Both the position numbers and the translations under genes were made by a program. Below, one piece after another: positions 22,951-28,760 of a DNA stretch of 28,760 nt. How positions within the stretch are numbered: the first letter of the stretch is position 1; every line of letters begins with the position of its first letter. Location of the stretch: the NCBI GenBank assembly GCA_051453625.1, contig JBOZIK010000001.1, positions 46,853,568 through 46,882,327 on the forward strand, read 5' to 3'. The notes under the pieces were generated by a model. That model was not told the origin of the DNA and searched no databases. It saw only the letters and a list, made by a program, of their open reading frames with translations. This DNA comes from Welwitschia mirabilis (Eukaryota).

Positions 22951-24123
22951 CTTTCTTCAGTGAAATTGTTTTTTCCCCCTCATGGAATAAATGCGTCTGT
23001 CAATATTTTATGGTTTTCCATTTTTATATGAAAAGATCATTTCTTACCTCGTACCACAAGCTAGATTTGGGGTTCCAATCCATTTCGATAGCAGAGACTA
23101 GAAGCTTTTGCAGAGTGCTGAAATGCAATACTATCATCAACATTTCTAGCAAANNNNNNNNNNNNNNNNNNNNNNNNNNNNNNNNNNNNNNNNNNNNNNN
23201 NNNNNNNNNNNNNNNNNNNNNNNNNNNNNNNNNNNNNNNNNNNNNNNNNNNNNNNNNNNNNNNNNNNNNNNNNNNNNNNNNNNNNNNNNNNNNNNNNNNN
23301 NNNNNNNNNNNNNNNNNNNNNNNNNNNNNNNNNNNNNNNNNNNNNNNNNNNNNNNNNNNNNNNNNNNNNNNNNNNNNNNNNNNNNNNNNNNNNNNNNNNN
23401 NNNNNNNNNNNNNNNNNNNNNNNNNNNNNNNNNNNNNNNNNNNNNNNNNNNNNNNNNNNNNNNNNNNNNNNNNNNNNNNNNNNNNNNNNNNNNNNNNNNN
23501 NNNNNNNNNNNNNNNNNNNNNNNNNNNNNNNNNNNNNNNNNNNNNNNNNNNNNNNNNNNNNNNNNNNNNNNNNNNNNNNNNNNNNNNNNNNNNNNNNNNN
23601 NNNNNNNNNNNNNNNNNNNNNNNNNNNNNNNNNNNNNNNNNNNNNNNNNNNNNNNNNNNNNNNNNNNNNNNNNNNNNNNNNNNNNNNNNNNNNNNNNNNN
23701 NNNNNNNNNNNNNNNNNNNNNNNNNNNNNNNNNNNNNNNNNNNNNNNNNNNNNNNNNNNNNNNNNNNNNNNNNNNNNNNNNNNNNNNNNNNNNNNNNNNN
23801 NNNNNNNNNNNNNNNNNNNNNNNNNNNNNNNNNNNNNNNNNNNNNNNNNNNNNNNNNNNNNNNNNNNNNNNNNNNNNNNNNNNNNNNNNNNNNNNNNNNN
23901 NNNNNNNNNNNNNNNNNNNNNNNNNNNNNNNNNNNNNNNNNNNNNNNNNNNNNNNNNNNNNNNNNNNNNNNNNNNNNNNNNNNNNNNNNNNNNNNNNNNN
24001 NNNNNNNNNNNNNNNNNNNNNNNNNNNNNNNNNNNNNNNNNNNNNNNNNNNNNNNNNNNNNNNNNNNNNNNNNNNNNNNNNNNNNNNNNNNNNNNNNNNN
24101 NNNNNNNNNNNNNNNNNNNNNNN

Positions 24124-24896
24124 ATCTGGCCTAGTCTACCATTAATCTATCCATCATTACAGCCTTACCACCCCTTTTGTTTTTTATTTTGTCATTCCCT
24201 ATTCACTGCAAAGTTATTTTAGTTCATGTTCGTTTCGGTTCAATCAAATACACTTTTTTTCACTTCACCTAGTACCCCCTTCCTATCTCTCACAACCACC
24301 ATGATGCTTTTACCATTTTCATTCTATACAAATCCTTTCCATGCTACATATTTACCATCTGTTTGAGTCATGTCCCATCCTTTCGATCTTTGGTTATCCA
24401 TCTATCCCACAAATCTTTGACATGGAGCACACCTTTTCACTCTTCAGTTGATTCAGCACTCGTTAATATCCAGACCCCTTTTGTCATACTCTTTTCCTTC
24501 ATCATCAATCTCACTTCTTTTGTCTTCCAGTTCATTACCTCTCATCTCACATACAATCATTTCATTTCATTTCTAGTTTACCTAACCATGCATTTCTCTC
24601 TTTCATTTTCGTTATTACCTCATTTATGACCTTCCATCCAATCATGCATTTTTCTCTGTTATTTTCATTATTACTTTCACATTTCATCGCTGTCTAAATC
24701 ATACTCTGATCATTTGTTCCACTGACATGTTTGAATTTCCTTCAAGTTGCATTTTCATTATTTACCCAAGTTACCTTTTCATTACTTTGGATCTTTACTC
24801 TTATAGCAAAATGGCTTGCATAAGTAAAAATCACAATTACAACACACATTCACTCCCTTTATGTTTTTGACGTCAACCTCATACTCCACTTCACAT
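24124..24896 (+). other. Pyrimidine-rich, G-poor 3' non-coding region of a Gypsy (Tat/Ogre-like) element
   Basis: C/T-rich low-complexity sequence ending directly in a PPT and TG. The upstream part is lost in the gap. Confidence 0.5.
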
Positions 24897-24897
24897 C

Positions 24898-24912
24898 AAA
24901 AAGGGGGAAAAC
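24898..24912 (+). promoter_or_regulatory. Polypurine tract
   Basis: AAAAAGGGGGAAAAC immediately followed by TGTA at 24913. Confidence 0.7.
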
Positions 24913-27206
24913 TGTATATCAATATTTAGTCCTTCAACCAATGTCTCTTATTGCTAAAAAGACATTGGAGTTATCCTATTCAGTGAAATGGATTAAAACC
25001 AATATTTCATTTGCAAGAGGATATAGCAAACATGAAATTAGCAGTTATTTGATTCATTTGAACCTCTGGAAATTAATAATTTTGAAACCTTCTAATCCAT
25101 TCCTTGTATTTAGTATTTATTAAAATATCTGCAATGTGTAATTAGCATGATTGTAAATCTTTCAATCAGTAAACATAATTTTCTATTACACTTCTTATTC
25201 TTACAAATATTAGTGTGTTCCCATTAACAAACTTTTTTACCAAGTAAGCGTCAAAAGTTATGAAGGTTCTACATGGATACCTCCCTTGGCATCCATTACA
25301 ATTCATAACCTTCTACTCTATACAACCAATGAAAATTGGTAGGTGCTGAATAATTCACGTGGCCATTATTTGAAGATTTCAAAGAAAATGTCTGAATCGC
25401 AAAACACGATCATAGTGACTATTAATGGAATTCCCTAGTTTATTGATATCTTTACTTATTATGTTGATAGGGCAAAAAGTAATTGCATCCGTAAAGAGCT
25501 GCAACTCAATTCAAAGGTAATGCAAATAAAGAAAGGTGCGTAGCATTCAGGGACATTTTAGCAGATATCAATAAAGCCTCACAATAAGTTTCTGGTCCAT
25601 ATGAGCATCTGAGAGGGTCCTCAGATGATGTTGGAGCTGGTTTCTTACCAAGATCTGCAGGGGAAGTATCATATGTCTTTGATTCAGAGCATGACAAGTC
25701 ATTGAATATGACATATGAAAATATGGCAGGAGAGAATTCTACTTCAAGAATCAATTGTGCTAATAAGAAGAAGTTTTTCTTAGAGCTTAGCTTTAACACC
25801 TGAGGATAATATGTAAAGATTTTAGAGGTGATAGGTACAGATAGATCAACAATTATTATTCCTGTATCTGCATTGGATCAATTTCATGATGTGCTTGATT
25901 AGTTCATTGATATTGCCAATGGCAGAAACAGAAGCGAGAATTCAGAGGAATTGGATTGCCATGTTGAAAGAACGCGAGGCTGGGATCGCTGTTGGCACAG
26001 ATTCTTCTTCACTGATGTTGGCCGATTTTTAAAGAGGAAATCAGGGGAATTCGTTGAAAGAAGTGACAAAGTGCATCACAGAACAGCACGACAAAAATGC
26101 CATAAAAAAAAGAGGAGGCATCGTCAACGGAGAAGAACACAGACATCGGCGACAAGGATAAAAACAAGGATGCGATCATAGAAACAAGGGGGGAAAGATC
26201 AGAAGAGGCAGTAAATTTGTTATAGGGAGAAATCAAAAATGCCTAGCAGAGGAGTACAAAGTGATCAAGAACACAAGCTGAGAACATCATAAATCACAGA
26301 AAGCGCAAAAGAACAAAAGCAAAAAGGAAGATACTGATCATCAGGATGGAGACTAATATGAAAATGCATCGAATCAAAAGAAGCACGCAGGCGAAGAACA
26401 ATGACACGACCAACTAGAACAAAACGCCCATTGAGGGAACAGGAGACGCTAGACGCAAGATGAGAGGCAATGCAATCTGAATAGCAAAGACGATCAGAGC
26501 GCATAAAAGAAAGTAGTGCAGGCAGACAAACGACAATGCGCATCAGAGAGAAGAGAACGATAAGAAATACAAAAAAATGCAGGGGTGGAGCATCAAAAGA
26601 CAGAAATACAAAAAAAAGCCAATGGGGGCAGACCACAAAAGGTAAGAGGATCATCAAATAGCAACGCGATCACAATGCAGACGGCATCAGAGAGCGAAGA
26701 AAACATAGAAAAAAGAACACATAATGCCATAAAGCAATAACAGTGAACAAAGAATGGCGAGTAGTACGCCATTAGCAAAGAAACACACAGGGAGCCATCA
26801 CAAAGAGAATCATAGGACGGTGATCAGAAAAAACGCAGACCAGGAGAAAACCACCTAAAAGACGGATGCCATCACAAGAACAGAAATACAGAGAGAGGAG
26901 GAAGCAATCAGTAGCTGACATCAAACAACTAGCAGTGAGAGCCAAAACATGCGAAAAAAAAAAAGTGGCCAGTTTGAGGAAAGGACACAACATTTTTCAC
27001 AAAAAAAAAATGTTTAATAGTAAAACAGAGAGAGACATGAAAGATGACATGAAGAGGAGCACCAGACAAAAAAGGCAGAGCTATAATTCGATCATCTATA
27101 ATTAAGGTTGTAAGAAATTTTAATTCACAAAAGAAAATTTTAGTTTTTTTATATTGCAAAATTCGAAATTAAACATAATCATTGTGGAAAAAAAAATGTC
27201 GTAACA
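24913..27206 (+). repeat. Putative LTR or composite LTR-derived segment between PPT and PBS
   Basis: Begins TGTA after a PPT and ends GTAACA before a PBS. No second copy in the window, so unity of the segment is unproven. Confidence 0.45.
25343..25926 (+). pseudogene. PURA1: PUR-alpha (transcription factor Pur-alpha 1)-like intronless pseudogene fragment
   Basis: NNSRGHYLKISKKMSESQNTIIVTINGIP*FIDIFTYYVD…RKELQLNSK / frameshift at 25516-25517 / GNANKERCVAFRDILADINKAS…DDVGAGFLP…KKFFLELSFNT*G*YVKILEVIGTDRSTIIIPVSALDQFHDVLD*FIDIANGR. Matches plant PUR-alpha repeat I, the end of repeat II, the DDVGAGF linker and repeat III. Stops at 25436, 25585, 25801, 25807 and 25900 are each one transition from a sense codon. 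Confidence 0.9.
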
Positions 27207-27211
27207 GTTTT

Positions 27212-27228
27212 TGGCACTAGACGGAGGG
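27212..27228 (+). promoter_or_regulatory. tRNA-Asn-type PBS, copy 1
   Basis: TGGCACTAGACGGAGGG after GTAACA-GTTTT; 2 mismatches to TGGCGCTAGAAGGAGGG, the complement of the plant tRNA-Asn(GTT) 3' end as recalled. Confidence 0.7.
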
Positions 27229-27291
27229 CTAGATAGAATCACATCAATTGAAATTAATATAATCATTGTGAATAAAATTGTTGTAACAGTT

Positions 27292-27306
27292 TGGCGCTAG
27301 AAGGAG
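27292..27306 (+). promoter_or_regulatory. tRNA-Asn-type PBS, copy 2
   Basis: TGGCGCTAGAAGGAG after GTAACA-GTT. Confidence 0.8.
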
Positions 27307-27407
27307 ACCCCTTGTGTAAGCCTTTTATCGTTTCGTTATCATTTTCTTCGAATCGCACTCGTTTTCATTTAAACTCGCCTACCACCTTGTTATACACAAC
27401 AGCCACA

Positions 27408-28760
27408 ATGCCAATGTCCACTCAAAGAATTCGTTCCTTAGCGATTAGGAAACTAGTGATTCCAAATGACGAGAACAAGGTTCTCCCTAAGGATCCCTTT
27501 TTACAAAAATATGACGAAAATCAAGAATTCGTAAATGAATGGGATCGTGACGAAAAGCCTCAAACGTCATAAAAATCCACATAACAAATGCCAAAGAAAG
27601 ACTTTGACAATGATAATCTATTTAGGTATGAAAACAATAACGAGGAACCACCTAAAATCCCACAAACTAAAGACTAAAAGCCACCTATCCAATCAACCAA
27701 GTTCAACATGCTCTGGAAGGCCATCAATGACATCAAATGAGGCCTCCAAACCAAAAAGAATTACCTTGACATAGACTTCGACGACACACTGATCCACCCC
27801 TCTGTCCATCATAAAGTGATCTCACCTAGTGAAATGCCTGATTTCGAGAAATTTACAGGCGTCAAAGACCCTGTTATCCATATTAAAAACTTTAAACACT
27901 CATGCAACGTGTACAACATAGAAAGAAACACTGCGTGTCATCTATTTTGTCGATCTCTTTGACGACAAGCCCTCGAGTGGTACCATCACCTACCGACACA
28001 CTCTATTACAAGCTTAAAATAACTATTTGAGATGTTTGTATAGCATTATTCTATAAACATCACAAAGATAATGATGTTAGACTTATTGACAATGATGAAA
28101 CAATAGTTTAGCGAAACCATCCAAGACTATGCTCAACGATGAAGAGTTATCGTTTTGCAATTAGAAACCACAATTACCGATTCTGACATGGCATATCTAT
28201 TTGTCAAGTCATGCATCCCATATGTTTTAGAACATCTTAGAATGAAAGCATTCAAAACATTTGAACAAGTAGTAACATTAGCAAAAAGAATTAAAATCGT
28301 AGGTAGAGAGAAGGGCACTATAAAATATGGCAACATGTCACAAAATGAATCACCAAGAAGAGACAACAATAACAACAACTACAAAGCAAATAACTTGAAG
28401 AATGTTTCAGTAGTCGACCAGACTTCACAACCTCCTCAAACGAGTTATTCATCGCAACCGGTCAGTAGCCCGATAGCACAACAATTTCAACCGCAATCTC
28501 TTTTTCCCCCTCAAGCTTTTACATTTTAACTAGTTGTGAGACAAGCTTACTTCCCAACTCAACAACTACAAAGTTTTTAATGAACATCATCACCTTAATG
28601 ACAACAGCTCCAACCATCTCAACAACAGTTCCATAATCAACAACAACCCTTTGCAACTCAAAGACAAGACCAAAATCAGTCTGAAAACCAAAACATGATT
28701 CAAAGACCTAGGAGAAACTTCACTAGGTTACAAATTCCATTGACAAAGATCCTTGGAATT
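27408..28760 (+). pseudogene. Decayed gag of a Ty3/Gypsy Tat/Ogre-like element, running off the window
   Basis: From 27834: MPDFEKFTGVKDPVIHIKNF…LFCRSL*RQALEWYHHLPTHSITS…MKQ*FSETIQDYAQR*R (retrotransposon gag domain). Followed by a Q/P-rich linker and RRNFTRLQIPLTKIL. Lies just downstream of the PBS. Confidence 0.85.

Noticed and set aside
22997-23047. Possible GT-AG intron upstream of the OPA3 ATG (GAG|GTAAGA...TTGACAG)
   Set aside because: Only 51 nt, shorter than typical plant introns, and not U-rich; unsupported without the parent gene.
22920-24134. 404-aa ORF in the track
   Set aside because: Mostly Ns; the real coding signal here is OPA3 on the opposite strand.
25506-25799. 97-aa minus-strand ORF
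   Set aside because: Antisense shadow of the PUR-alpha pseudogene.
26009-27159. Several hydrophobic (minus) and K/R-rich (plus) ORFs
   Set aside because: Expected by-products of the T-depleted strand, which has few stop codons; no recognisable motif.

Overview
AT-rich plant nuclear DNA with N gaps, made of old nested LTR retrotransposons. No intact gene is present. (1) A minus-strand Ty3/Gypsy Athila-like element contributes its 3' LTR (<1-1141), PPT, and a decayed RT-RNaseH-integrase (9854-12269 and 21638-21740). (2) Two related Ty1/Copia SIRE (Sirevirus)-type elements are inserted in it. Element A (1933-9134, minus, TSD AATTC) has lost integrase, RT and most of RNase H through an in-frame deletion. 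Element B (12270-21637, plus, TSD ATGCA/ATGTA) is full length but decayed and splits the Athila RT. Both carry a homologous extra 'env-like' ORF. (3) The Athila RT is cut again at ~21740 by an intronless, poly(A)-tailed OPA3-like processed pseudogene on the minus strand. (4) After a 970-N gap comes a Tat/Ogre-like Gypsy arrangement: 3' UTR, PPT, LTR-like segment, a duplicated LTR-end plus tRNA-Asn PBS, then gag. An intronless PUR-alpha pseudogene sits between the PPT and the PBS. The ORF track misses the PUR-alpha copy and shows only a fragment of the OPA3 copy. Each host-gene copy has one frameshifting deletion that looks like use of a cryptic CAG splice acceptor. Family assignments come from motif recognition by eye; no database search was run.
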